The notes: generated from the letters alone by a model not told the origin. A stretch of 63,993 bases of DNA, filler included, from Stramenopiles sp. TOSAG23-2 (GCA_900128395.1; 7 parts of 7 records of this genome joined end to end with filler, not necessarily neighbours in it), one strand, 5' to 3'. Counted from the first letter of the whole stretch, positions 46,485 to 57,662 are shown. Numbers and translations: made by a program.

Positions 46485-49400
46485 TATTATAAGATTGTGG
46501 TAAAACCAAAAAAAATGAAACCAAAAAAATCCAAAATTAAAGTCAACCAAGAGGAGTCCATAGAATTGATTGGTGATTCATTTTCTGTTACTCAAGGAAT
46601 TTACAACGATCTCCTGGACGAGCGGGTATTACACAGCGGAGGCAAAGGTGGTGAGAAACATGGAGCACATCATATTGAATATAAGGATAACTTGGAGCTT
46701 GTATTACTGTGCAAATCTGGGCCACCCGAAGCACCAATGGACTATGTAGACCCTAAAGGTGGGACGAAAAGAAGGAGACTAGATACTTCTACTGCAATTG
46801 TCTTAAAAGGGCCAGCTCCAACTGTGGATACACCTAAAGCAGACGATTGCTATACAGTACATGTAGAACATTGTCAGCAATGTGATCATTACGAGGATAG
46901 ATCCAACAAAAATTACTGTGGAGACCATGATAACGGTGAATTCTATTCCGTAGTACACTTTGAAGATGATGAAGGCCTAATGAAATCTGAAAAATTTCGA
47001 TGTTCATTTACAGACGTAGAACATTGTAACAATGCGCAAATAGAAACTACAACGAGCTTGGTTATGGATGGCTTGGTTGAGCATAAAGAAAAAGTATCGT
47101 ATATAGACGGTGACTCTGGTAGATCCAGTGAAACATCGACTCTAGAAGTTGAAGACACCTCTTGGGAGAAATGGTTAGACAAAAACGGAAATGAAAGAAG
47201 AAGAAGGCTTGTAACAACCGTAGACAACGGTGATTCTCACGACAAAAACGATTGGCACAGTGCAACGCCAAAGGAACAAATTAAACAACTAGGTTACGCA
47301 ATTGATGAACATAATGATGTAATTACTGATGACTCAAAAAAAGATCCTGTAATTATATCTCACGAAGAGGGTACACAAAAAGGTGAAGATGAACTGCATA
47401 TGAAGGATACATTTTCACACATTCATGGTTGTATTGGAGTACCAGAAGACAAGTGGGAAGAAGAAGGTGAGAAAAGACGATTAAAAAAGCAAACACTCCT
47501 TGGACAATCATCAAAATTCCATAAAAGTAAAACTATGCGAAAATTAAAAAGAAACGATATTAAGTCTCCTTTTGAATTGATGCATGCCCATTTTCATGCC
47601 CGTAAGTTGAATAGTGCAGAAGATATTCATCTATATGAAACAGGCGACACTCGTATCTGTGAAATTTGTGAACATTATAAAGCAGAAAGTGAAAAGATGC
47701 AAGATGCATTGCACGAAATTGAAACAATAAAAACGGAGGAGGAAGAAAAATTTGAAGAAGAACGGTTTGGAGAAGAGATAGGGTTACCCGAAACGAAAGG
47801 CAAAGGAGAGGAGAAGGATATGGGTTTAGACTATATCGATGATATGAGAGACAGGAAAAAACGTCGTTTGACACATAAAAAAAGATTATTAGCAGTTCAT
47901 GCAAAAAGAAAGAGTATTAAAAAAATCGGGCATAGACGTTTACGTGTTCGCAGATTAAGGAAAAGATTGAAACGAAAAGCTGTGCATCATCTTACTCACC
48001 ATGCGCGTAAGACTGGGCGAAAATTAGACGTAGTTGTCGATGGGTTGGAAGGAGATGAAAGGTTTGATGTGACAGTGGAACCATACAGAGAAGAGATGAT
48101 GAAAGAATTAGGCCTAGAAAAAACAATCGGCAAGGAAATGAAAGCAACAAGTGATTTAAAAAAAGAAATAGAAGCAAATATTGTAGTTATTGAAAAGGAA
48201 TTGGAAGATTTTTATAAAATGTTTCCGGAAACATCTGATGCAAAACGGTTACTGATGAATACGGTTATGACTGAGAGTGAAAAAATTGCGGAAAAAAACG
48301 AATATATACGTGACCAAATGATGAATCTAGAAGCTCATAATTTGGAACTTCAATATGCAAAAGATGAGGAACAGCACCTTGAAGACATTGTAGTTGATAT
48401 AAAATATGCTGAAGATATTTTAGAAAAGGTCAAAATGGAAATTTCAGGAAGTGCAACTGGAGGCAGACGTTTAAATTCAAAGTCACTAAAAGAAACCGTG
48501 GAACAGTGTAACTTAAGCTTAGATAATATGTATAAACAAACCACTTTGATCAAAGATGAATACGTTTGTGATTACGTATTAGGTGTAGGCGAAATTGATA
48601 GTCGCGGCAACGTAGTTAGTACGCCACGTGAGTCATTTGGTTCCCACGAAAATCCTGATTTATTTGATAAGCAACTTGAATGTTGTGTAGCGGAGGAAAA
48701 TTTACATGAACTTGAAGATATTGTAACTCGTGCAGAGGCTGAGATTGAATCTTATAAAACGGAACCAGAAAGTTGCGAATATTTGGAATCCCAAAAAAAA
48801 CCAAATGAAGACGGCGGGAAAGAATATACGTACTATACAGATATTATTCTTCCAAGGGGAACTACAGCAAGAAGACTAAGATATGACGATAAGGACAAAC
48901 CAAAAACAGAAATGTCTGATCAGTTGGAAATTGATATCATCGAAGGTTTAACCGAAACACCCAAAACTGACTCAACTTTAATGGATAACATTCACAAGCC
49001 AGCTTACGAGGAGAAAAGTAAATATACGGAAGAAGCAAAAGTAGAAGAGTATTCAAGTGCTGAATGGCAAGATGAATTTGAAAGATGTGCCTGCGAAACT
49101 GCAGTCCAAACTACTTTGTTCCCCAAAGATGGAAAAGGTGATGCTAAATGCATGGTTCATTGCTCCATTGATTATCCTAAATTCGTCCAAAGTGAAATCA
49201 AGCTGGTCACAGACAGTTGTGAACAGGTGATTGAGACATCGTATAAATTGGATGGGACAGGTCAATATAAGCTTGCAAATAATGATATGGATTCATGTTT
49301 AGCAGGAAAAGCTAATGATGGTAGTGTGAGTTCTACTACTAGACGTCGACTTATCCGTAGTCGACGCAGACTTAAGGCAATGCATGATGCAGATGGTAAC

Positions 49401-52400
49401 CTTATATACCCTGCTGGGGCATCTGTGGATAACGGTTCTGTGAAAACGACTGCTACTGGTGCTGTTGCACCGAGTGATGCAGACGGTAAACCGGCTGCAT
49501 ATAACAAGCATGTGTCTGATAATGCCGGGGTGCAATGTGTCAATGGAGAGCCAGAAAATCCACCTGGATGCAGTCTCACAACAGTTACGCCAGAAAGTGC
49601 TGGAAACATGTTTACAGTTATCTGTGAGCGTAATATTCCTGGCATAAGTGATTTGACAACTTTACCTCCAGATACTATTGTAGATAAAGTTTCCTTTGTT
49701 TCTTCCATGAGCGATGGTGCAATTTACGTAGGGAAGTCATTCGAGGTCCATCAAAAAACGCAAGATCGCATGTGTGTTACCAGAGATAATGATGGTACCA
49801 TCCAAGGACATGTAGAATTAGAAGTTACTGTTTCTATTCCGATATCTACAGTACAAGCAGCCGTGGATCAATGCCTTCTTATGAGTCCTAGAGCAGACAG
49901 GGATAGAGCGGCATTTTGCTGTCCAGGTGGAAAAGTTGAAGTGCAAAGACTACCAGGGAAAGACCAGATGAATTGTAAGATTAATGAAGCCGATTATCTC
50001 AGCTCCACCGAAGATAGGACCTTTACCGTATTTGGCCATGTGGAAAATGAAATTGAAACTGAGGAGACACTATTGGTAATAAAACAAGTTCCAGATTCAG
50101 GAAATAAATTTCATGTTAGCGAAGGAGTATATTTCACATTCGAATTTGAGCAACGTGTCTTTTTGGAAACCTGTACCGTGGAACCAGCATATGCCTCAAT
50201 CGTTGCACATTCGAACGAAGAAACTTACGCACTTTCCCAAGATCCTGCTAATACAGTTGGCGGTGATGTTACATCAGATCCATGTACTATTAATACAAAA
50301 ACGCTCTGCGCAACGGTACAGAGCTGTAAGTGGAACGACAATACGGATCAGTGCATTTCAAAAATCCCTACTTCAACCTTAACCGTAACAGATACTGCTC
50401 CCGTTGCCCCTTGTGAAGACGGTAAAGCATATTGCACAAGTGGTCCAAACGCAAATCTCTGCGTAACTTTGTGTAATAACAGGGATTACCCTGAAAGAGG
50501 TTGCGGGGAGAATAAAGCGACAGTTTTTGTTCCGATGAATCCTGATACTTTAATGCCGGGATATCAAAAATGTGTTAAACCAGGTCCTATTCAATGTGCT
50601 ACTAATAGTAAATACTACTGCCCAGGAAATAATTCTGTAGGAGAATGTGTCGAAACTTGTGGAAGTTGTACCAATGCTAATTATCCTTCTGGATTAATAT
50701 CCGATTCTATAAGTGGGGTTTGTAAAGAACCGAGTCTTGCTTTGTGCGCCGCACAGGGTCGGATTTACTGTGATATTACGAAGAACTGCGTAGATTATTG
50801 TGCATACGATACATGCGGTAGGTACAGTCATCAAGTTTATGAAAAAAATGTGACTGAAGGAGACAATAATATGTTTTATCCATCATGCGAAGTAATAGAC
50901 CAGGATTATTGTAATTCAAATGATATGAAATTTTGCCCTGGTGACGACGTAAATGAACCTAGCTGTGTTGCAGTATGTTCTGTAGAAACTGGCAACGGGG
51001 CGTATGAAAAGTGCAATAGAAGGCCAGCAAATGATGGCGGTGTGTGTAAATCTCCTACAGACTTGTCCAGCGGGTATTATTGCTTGGGAACGGGGGTAAC
51101 AAACAATTGTAATGGTTGTACATATGCTGGTGTGAGTCACACTGAGGAAAATGCGACAACTGGACTCTGTGAAATGGCTACAGTTCCTGCCGACCCACCA
51201 CAAAATTTGTTTTATTGTGAGATCGAAGAATGGTACGATACTGACACTTTTAAATCAAAAAAGATCCTTGTAGAAAGTTGTTGGGATAATTGTACATTGA
51301 GCTATAAAGAAAAGGATTGGAATAAATATATTGCAGATCCTGGCACACATAGGTGTCTTCAACCAAGTGTTACAACTTGCCAAGAAATGAATTTAGTTTA
51401 TTGTCCTGGTGGCGATACTTTACCATACGGAGCATGTGTTCCATCATGCGAAGATTGTTATATCACTGTGAATGATATAGACACAAGTGGTGGAGTCATC
51501 TACGAACCACAATTTATAAATGAATTTATAAATGGTGATTATACCGACATTTGTATTAGTGAAGAAACTGCAAAACATAATTGCTTTAATAATGGTAAAC
51601 ATTGGTGTGGAGTTTTGGGCAAATGTATGCCAAACTGTAATTCATGTATTGATGCTGAATCCCAAACTGCATTCAAACTTAATGTAATTGCAGGTTCTGG
51701 GTATGAATGCGAGATTTCTTGTAACGCAGATGAAACTTATTGTCCTTCAACAGGGGAATGCGTTAAATGTGAAGCAAGTTATTGCAAAAACAATTGTGAT
51801 CACTGTTGGGATTACCCAATGCAAGAAACGATAAGTGGTGCGCCTTATGGATCCACTCAATGCAAAACAGCTTCCGAAGAAAGTTGCCGAAGTGAAGGTA
51901 AGGACTATTGTGAGATTGACAAGACATGTAAAGATCGTTACCATGAGAAAGATGGTACCGGAAATACATGTTTAAGTTGCGGTGCAAATGGTACCATGTG
52001 GTGGTCACCAGGTCACATTGGAAAATGCACAAATAGAGCTGCTGCTATCACTCAATGCAATGGAATGAATTATTTGAGATTGCCGGAAGGTAAAGCACAA
52101 TGTGTTCCTAATTGTGCAAACCACCACTACTGTGCAGACATATCTGACACTACCACGTGTCAAAATCTTGTAAATCCCGCTACCGGTACCGATGCTATTT
52201 GTGATATTGCGCAAGCAACGGCCGCCGAAACACATGTTGTAACAACAGTAAATGCTGGTGTGAACTCTACCGCTGCTGGTACAGTTGTTTCTAGTAGTGG
52301 CTCCGGTATGGGCTATGGCAGTGGCACTACTTCTGGCAGTGGCACTACTTCTGGCAGTGGCACTACTTCCGGCAGTGGCACTGGTTCCGGCAGTGGCACT

Positions 52401-53108
52401 GGTTCCGGCAGTGGCACTGGTTCTAATTCATGTCCATCTGGTATGTCGTATTCAGATTGCTATCAATACGATATGTACGATCCTGGTTATAACTATCCGG
52501 ACCCTCACAATGATGATCCTGCATCAGGATTTGGTTCTGGCTCTGGTTCCGGTGGATCTAGCAACAGTGGCGGTAGACGACGCCGTCTTCAAGCAAGAAA
52601 TGGCAGAAGACTAGCTAGTGGTGATAATCAAATGCCCTCAGCAAAATTTACAGGTTTAATATCACCTGTGAAATATGATGACCCTGAACCAATTGATTGC
52701 ACGAAGTATGAGGAAGTTGCACTAAGTGTAACTTGCAATGAAGATGGTCACCTACCAGAATGTGTTTGTCCACACAAAAGTATCAATGACGTGCCATTGA
52801 CTTATGAAGAGCAGCCAAAGCCATTCTGCCATTCAAAAAACATGCCCGTTGATAATTGTGCCATAGATTGTGGATGTGAAAGAGGAACAGATGTAACAGA
52901 TGGTGTATATACATGCATAAACTTGGATACACAAACGTACGCCTGTGACGATCCTATGGCATTAAATTACGATAGTTGTGCATCTTTACCAAGTGAGGCG
53001 GAAAGATTATATCGCTGTGATTACCACTATGCGGATGCACATCTTACTCCTATGAATGTTCCATTGTATACGAACAATACATACAATCTTACTGCTACCA
53101 GGTTGTAA
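46485..53108 (+). CDS. Giant (>2200 aa) Cys-rich, probably extracellular protein with many RRL motifs; 5' end runs off the contig
   Basis: Uninterrupted 6.6-kb ORF, open to the linker. Acidic N-terminal half split by RRL/RKL/KRL motifs, a ~1000-aa Cys-rich repeat block, a GSGT linker and a Cys-rich tail. Confidence 0.9.
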   Translation, partial: YYKIVVKPKKMKPKKSKIKVNQEESIELIGDSFSVTQGIYNDLLDERVLHSGGKGGEKHGAHHIEYKDNLELVLLCKSGPPEAPMDYVDPKGGTKRRRLDTSTAIVLKGPAPTVDTPKADDCYTVHVEHCQQCDHYEDRSNKNYCGDHDNGEFYSVVHFEDDEGLMKSEKFRCSFTDVEHCNNAQIETTTSLVMDGLVEHKEKVSYIDGDSGRSSETSTLEVEDTSWEKWLDKNGNERRRRLVTTVDNGDSHDKNDWHSATPKEQIKQLGYAIDEHNDVITDDSKKDPVIISHEEGTQKGEDELHMKDTFSHIHGCIGVPEDKWEEEGEKRRLKKQTLLGQSSKFHKSKTMRKLKRNDIKSPFELMHAHFHARKLNSAEDIHLYETGDTRICEICEHYKAESEKMQDALHEIETIKTEEEEKFEEERFGEEIGLPETKGKGEEKDMGLDYIDDMRDRKKRRLTHKKRLLAVHAKRKSIKKIGHRRLRVRRLRKRLKRKAVHHLTHHARKTGRKLDVVVDGLEGDERFDVTVEPYREEMMKELGLEKTIGKEMKATSDLKKEIEANIVVIEKELEDFYKMFPETSDAKRLLMNTVMTESEKIAEKNEYIRDQMMNLEAHNLELQYAKDEEQHLEDIVVDIKYAEDILEKVKMEISGSATGGRRLNSKSLKETVEQCNLSLDNMYKQTTLIKDEYVCDYVLGVGEIDSRGNVVSTPRESFGSHENPDLFDKQLECCVAEENLHELEDIVTRAEAEIESYKTEPESCEYLESQKKPNEDGGKEYTYYTDIILPRGTTARRLRYDDKDKPKTEMSDQLEIDIIEGLTETPKTDSTLMDNIHKPAYEEKSKYTEEAKVEEYSSAEWQDEFERCACETAVQTTLFPKDGKGDAKCMVHCSIDYPKFVQSEIKLVTDSCEQVIETSYKLDGTGQYKLANNDMDSCLAGKANDGSVSSTTRRRLIRSRRRLKAMHDADGNLIYPAGASVDNGSVKTTATGAVAPSDADGKPAAYNKHVSDNAGVQCVNGEPENPPGCSLTTVTPESAGNMFTVICERNIPGISDLTTLPPDTIVDKVSFVSSMSDGAIYVGKSFEVHQKTQDRMCVTRDNDGTIQGHVELEVTVSIPISTVQAAVDQCLLMSPRADRDRAAFCCPGGKVEVQRLPGKDQMNCKINEADYLSSTEDRTFTVFGHVENEIETEETLLVIKQVPDSGNKFHVSEGVYFTFEFEQRVFLETCTVEPAYASIVAHSNEETYALSQDPANTVGGDVTSDPCTINTKTLCATVQSCKWNDNTDQCISKIPTSTLTVTDTAPVAPCEDGKAYCTSGPNANLCVTLCNNRDYPERGCGENKATVFVPMNPDTLMPGYQKCVKPGPIQCATNSKYYCPGNNSVGECVETCGSCTNANYPSGLISDSISGVCKEPSLALCAAQGRIYCDITKNCVDYCAYDTCGRYSHQVYEKNVTEGDNNMFYPSCEVIDQDYCNSNDMKFCPGDDVNEPSCVAVCSVETGNGAYEKCNRRPANDGGVCKSPTDLSSGYYCLGTGVTNNCNGCTYAGVSHTEENATTGLCEMATVPADPPQNLFYCEIEEWYDTDTFKSKKILVESCWDNCTLSYKEKDWNKYIADPGTHRCLQPSVTTCQEMNLVYCPGGDTLPYGACVPSCEDCYITVNDIDTSGGVIYEPQFINEFINGDYTDICISEETAKHNCFNNGKHWCGVLGKCMPNCNSCIDAESQTAFKLNVIAGSGYECEISCNADETYCPSTGECVKCEASYCKNNCDHCWDYPMQETISGAPYGSTQCKTASEESCRSEGKDYCEIDKTCKDRYHEKDGTGNTCLSCGANGTMWWSPGHIGKCTNRAAAITQCNGMNYLRLPEGKAQCVPNCANHHYCADISDTTTCQNLVNPATGTDAICDIAQATAAETHVVTTVNAGVNSTAAGTVVSSSGSGMGYGSGTTSGSGTTSGSGTTSGSGTGSGSGTGSGSGTGSNSCPSGMSYSDCYQYDMYDPGYNYPDPHNDDPASGFGSGSGSGGSSNSGGRRRRLQARNGRRLASGDNQMPSAKFTGLISPVKYDDPEPIDCTKYEEVALSVTCNEDGHLPECVCPHKSINDVPLTYEEQPKPFCHSKNMPVDNCAIDCGCERGTDVTDGVYTCINLDTQTYACDDPMALNYDSCASLPSEAERLYRCDYHYADAHLTPMNVPLYTNNTYNLTATRL
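52315..52424 (+). repeat. 18-bp coding tandem repeat (GSGTTS x3, GSGTGS x3)
   Basis: GGCAGTGGCACTACTTCT / GGCAGTGGCACTGGTTCC units. Confidence 0.9.
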
Positions 53109-54491
53109 CGTGTATTGATGGTAACTATGCTAGCGAATTATATAATGCAGCATTCTGGTCTTCTTTGTACGTAGACTGATTCATTCATAGTGGCACTTAC
53201 CGGACAAAAAAATCACCCTTATATTACATGTTAAATGTTTTACCAGAGAAAAGGAGTGACAGAAATCTCTGATTTCATATTTCCGCGTTATATATATATA
53301 TTTACGTGCATGTATATATACACGAGATTCGTGTTTATATATACATACAATACATATATATGTATCATGCACACAGAAATTGTGAAAAATCAACAACACA
53401 AAATTTAAAAGAAAAAGAAAAAATTAGAATTTTAAATATTAAAAAAAAGGGGTATGTATATTAATACTTTCTGAAAGAAAGTGTCTGTGATACCAGACTA
53501 TGGGTATTATACATAGCATAAATAATTAAATTTAAAAAAAATACCACATCACACAATATCCATATAATATTATAAATATATTATATGCGTTAAATTACAA
53601 AACACACATCATTTGATGCCAAGAATAATTGATAAGGGAGGAGAGAGTCTTTTAAAAAAAAATGTTTTGTATAAAAATATTAATCTCATTATTAAAAAAA
53701 TTTTATGTCACACAGTGAAAAAATCCTTCTTTTTTAACACACGATGAAAAAAAATATTTTATTTATGTGTTCTCATAAAATACGTTTGGTATTACTTTGT
53801 AATATTCGGTGCATCTATTAATACCACTAGCACAAAAGGCAGTTGTTGTCCCGGCAACTTGATGGCCTAGCTCCTAGCCAAATATTATAATATCTTAATC
53901 TATCTCACAGTATATTGTCAATAATTCCAATAATAACAAGAAGACAACTTGTCATATTTGGAATATAACCCCAGCCTTTTTTTTTAAGGCAGATTTCAAC
54001 AAAAAGGCCACACTAACACTGTATACACAGTACTATAGTACACAGTACACAGTACTAGTACACAGTGTAGCTCTAGTGTAGTCTATGCGTGTAGTCGTGT
54101 ATAGTGTATGATGATAGTAGCAACTAATTCAAAAAAACTATTATAAAACATCATCAAACCATTGTTGTGCCATTATAATTATATATAATAATACAACTTT
54201 CTAATAATAATGTAATAACAACGATGATTTTTTTTCAAACAACAACAACTATATACTATATTAATATTATGATCTATGATACTAATAAAGCTGTTGTTAA
54301 TATTATATACCATAGCACAATGCAATTAATAAGTTCCATTGCATGTATCAAAAACTTGTATTGTTATCATAAACTTGCATTGTCTAAAGTTATATTGATT
54401 ATATTGAAATAATAAAACAACACACTTTCTTGCAAGACACAATAATTATAACACATACATAAAACATATAATAATACATAAATATACTACC

Positions 54492-55319
54492 ATGCCCAGG
54501 GATAGGTCTAAAGCTCGGGAATTACAAGAAAGGAAAAAGAAAGGTTCAGTTGATGAGCTTCAGTTGAGATTAGAAAAAGAAAGCGAAGAGCTGAAACAGT
54601 CACGATTAAATCAGAAAGCAAAGATACAACGTATCAAAGATAGAAAGAAACAAGCCTTCTTAGAAAAAGTGGAAAAGGATCTTCCGAATTTATATCTCGG
54701 GATCTTCGTACCATGTATCATGGCCGTTATAACAATTTGTACAGCAACAGTTGCTACGAGCATTGGTGGTAATGGTTGTAACGTTGGATTAAACGTAGGG
54801 TTTCCATTTACTTTGCAAGTTTATTTGTGGTGTTCCTCGATTGTAGCATATACATTCTTGTTCGGTTTATCGATGATGTTTATAGGTTCTGAATTGGAAC
54901 TTCCAACTTGCTGTGGTAAATTACCATGCCCGGATTGTCGGTGTAAAAAAATGTCATCCGTTTTGAAATTTTATGGATTCATTTTTTTCTTTGCACTTCT
55001 TTTTAATATTTTCGGATTAGTTGCATTCTTAGAAGCTGGTAGTTGTGTCGATAATCCAAGTGCAGACAATTACGAACCGCTACTTTATTACTCCGCACTT
55101 CTTCAAGTCATATTCTTTTGGGGGGCATTATTTGTATTAATAATATTTGGTATAGATACGGCCATTAAAAGAACAAAACAAGCAGCAAAACAACTTGAAG
55201 CTAAAAGGCATGCGGAGATGGAAAAAAGAGTCGCAGAAGAATATGATGGTTTTGAAGGTGAAGAGGGTGAATATGAAGAAGGTGAATATGAAGAGGAAGA
55301 GGAAGATGGCAAAAAGTAA
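54492..55319 (+). CDS. Uncharacterised four-TM membrane protein with charged termini and Cys-containing loops
   Basis: 275-aa ATG ORF with four hydrophobic segments, a PTCCGKLPCPDCRC loop and an acidic tail. Confidence 0.8.
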   Translation: MPRDRSKARELQERKKKGSVDELQLRLEKESEELKQSRLNQKAKIQRIKDRKKQAFLEKVEKDLPNLYLGIFVPCIMAVITICTATVATSIGGNGCNVGLNVGFPFTLQVYLWCSSIVAYTFLFGLSMMFIGSELELPTCCGKLPCPDCRCKKMSSVLKFYGFIFFFALLFNIFGLVAFLEAGSCVDNPSADNYEPLLYYSALLQVIFFWGALFVLIIFGIDTAIKRTKQAAKQLEAKRHAEMEKRVAEEYDGFEGEEGEYEEGEYEEEEEDGKK

Positions 55320-55648
55320 AAAAAAAAAACTGAAAACTGGTGTTAAATTATATGTTTTAAAACACCACTCTACCTCTAGATTTTTATGACAATGTGTGTA
55401 TTAATTCGAATTATTATAATATATATCTGCTCTCCATTAAATGATCTCTCAAACTATGCATAGATTTCCTTTTATTCTCTGCGATTTAGTTATCATATCA
55501 TATGATATCATATATATATTTTTCTCTTACTCATATGTTATATAAAATTCTTTTACTCCCGTTTATTAACATCTCAAATCAAAAATGATTTATAAATTTT
55601 AGTAAAAATTATTTAGTATTCAAAAGATGTTTCCTCTGTCTGTGATTC

Positions 55649-55748
55649 NNNNNNNNNNNNNNNNNNNNNNNNNNNNNNNNNNNNNNNNNNNNTTAATTAA
55701 TTAANNNNNNNNNNNNNNNNNNNNNNNNNNNNNNNNNNNNNNNNNNNN
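55649..55748. other. Artificial contig-joining linker
   Basis: N44-TTAATTAATTAA-N44. Confidence 0.99.
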
Positions 55749-55806
55749 GCATTAAATAGCATAGATAGAGCATTAAAAATCTGATAAATTCCAGAAACAG
55801 CGTTCC

Positions 55807-56229
55807 TCCTTGTAAATGGAGAATAGGATTAGTAGTGGATTTCAAAACCGGGGTTAATTTAAGTACTAATATAGTATACTAATTTATGTATATTTGATAG
55901 AGAGATATTGGATATTACAAAAAATCCAAAAACAGCCAATAGTTATTTTGATGAATAAACTAAGAATATCCGATTTTTGGCCTCAACAACTGCCAGACGA
56001 CTGGAAGACTTCGATTTTGTGATTGATTCAATATTATTTATAATTGCAAGTGCAATCCAAAAACAGCCAATAGTTATTTTGATGAATAAACTAAGAATAT
56101 CCGATTTTTTGTAATATCCAATACCTCTCTATCAAATATACATAAATTAGTATACTAAATCAGTACTTAAATTAAGCACCATTTTGAAATGCACTATAAC
56201 ACTATAACAATCCTTCTCATTTACAAGGA
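55807..56229. mobile_element. Foldback/MITE-like element with ~120-bp imperfect inverted arms and an internal ~55-bp direct repeat
   Basis: TCCTTGTAAATG...AGTATACTAATTTATGTATATTTGATAGAGAG.TATTGGATATTACAAAAAATC pairs with 56103-56229. ATCCAAAAACAGCCAATAG...CTAAGAATATCCGATTTTT occurs twice inside. Confidence 0.75.
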
Positions 56230-56553
56230 TAGGAAGGAAAAGTCGTCCCTAGAAAATACCGGAACACATTTTGTGATTTTTTTAGATGATTGAACGAAAA
56301 TTGATGAAAATAAATTGAAAATTGAAAATTGAAAATAAAAAATAGAAAAACTACTTAAAACTAATAGACGATGTATGTGCATAGTGCATATATATATACA
56401 TACGTAATAGAACAGTTTGTTTGTTTATATAAAACAAAATCAAAGAAACGTATATACGACGATTTATATTATATTATATATATATATATATATTGATTAC
56501 GATAGTGATATTTCGTTACATCATATAGTATTATTATTATATTTATCACAATC

Positions 56554-56868
56554 ATGGCAAAAGTTACAATTGGTCAACATTGTGTAAATTTAATCCTGTC
56601 GTTAAAAGAACATATTTTAAAACATGAAAACAATCATAACAACGCAACAAATGACGGTAAAACAAATGATCGTGCATGGGAGGAAGAAACATTACGTTTA
56701 TGCAACGTTACATTACAATACATTAACAAACGGCACGAACAAACTGAGAACAGAGTCAATATGCAGGTGGAGAGGTGGAGAGAACCGAGAGCCGCGTACA
56801 TAATAAATACGAGCGTTAATAAAAAAAATATATTTAATCACATTTTTATCGCAAGAGAGGGGTATTAA
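56554..56868 (+). CDS. Small hypothetical protein (104 aa) or gene fragment
   Basis: ATG in an ATCATGG context after an AT-rich leader, with protein-like composition. No recognisable motif. Confidence 0.4.
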   Translation: MAKVTIGQHCVNLILSLKEHILKHENNHNNATNDGKTNDRAWEEETLRLCNVTLQYINKRHEQTENRVNMQVERWREPRAAYIINTSVNKKNIFNHIFIAREGY

Positions 56869-57662
56869 GAAAGTTTTTTGATATAAAAAAAATATTAAAA
56901 AATATACTCGAACGGTACAAAAAGCGGCACTACCGGGTACAAATACAATTATTTTATGAATTTTCGAGTACTTCCGGTATTTTTGTGTTCTATTTGTGTG
57001 GTAAAAAATGTACGAAAATCATTTTATGTCAAAAATATTTTATTTAATGATGCATATAAAAATAATATTTTTTCTATCATAATCACGTAATCGGTAATGT
57101 GCTAACTGGCTAACTTAAAAACTGGCTAATCTGTATATAATTTCAATTGCACAATTCATTCAATAATCGGATCTAAAAATCTTAAAACAATGCAGTTTAT
57201 AATTAAGTACACTTTTTGATAGCATTAAAAGAAAATAACAATACAATTTTTAAATATTTTTATAAAGATTTTCACGATTTTTTCAAGATTTTGGAGATGT
57301 GGGAGGGTTGGCTGTTTTGCCAGGTGGCCCCATATTGATCGCAAACTATTTGCATTATAACAGATTGATTAATATAGTTTTAACATAATTCAATAATGCC
57401 TATATATTAAGCACCCTATTCTATGTGCGTAAATATGCACCAAATGTTGTTGAAAGTTGAAAAATATATATATCTACTATGTATGTATATATATATATGG
57501 GATAGAAAAAATCGCTTACATCAACAATATAATTTATATATTCATATGCATATTTATTTTTCCCATACTTTTTGGAAACAAATTCAAAAGATTAAGATTT
57601 TTATATAGTATTTCGATACAAGTCCAAGAGATTGCGTATACACACACATATATATACATAAC

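Noticed and set aside
53097-53108. C-terminal TRL as a peroxisomal PTS1 on the giant protein
   Set aside because: It is a weak variant and does not fit a disulfide-rich protein; likely chance.
9235-55748. Regularly spaced TTAATTAATTAA palindromes about every 9.2 kb
   Set aside because: Each sits in an exact 100-nt N-padded linker, and contig lengths descend (9206, 9204, 9169, 9169, 9166). This is size-sorted concatenation, not biology.
55925-56110. Direct repeats with a spacer resembling a mini CRISPR array
   Set aside because: Only two ~55-bp copies, inside a foldback element, in a eukaryote with no cas genes.
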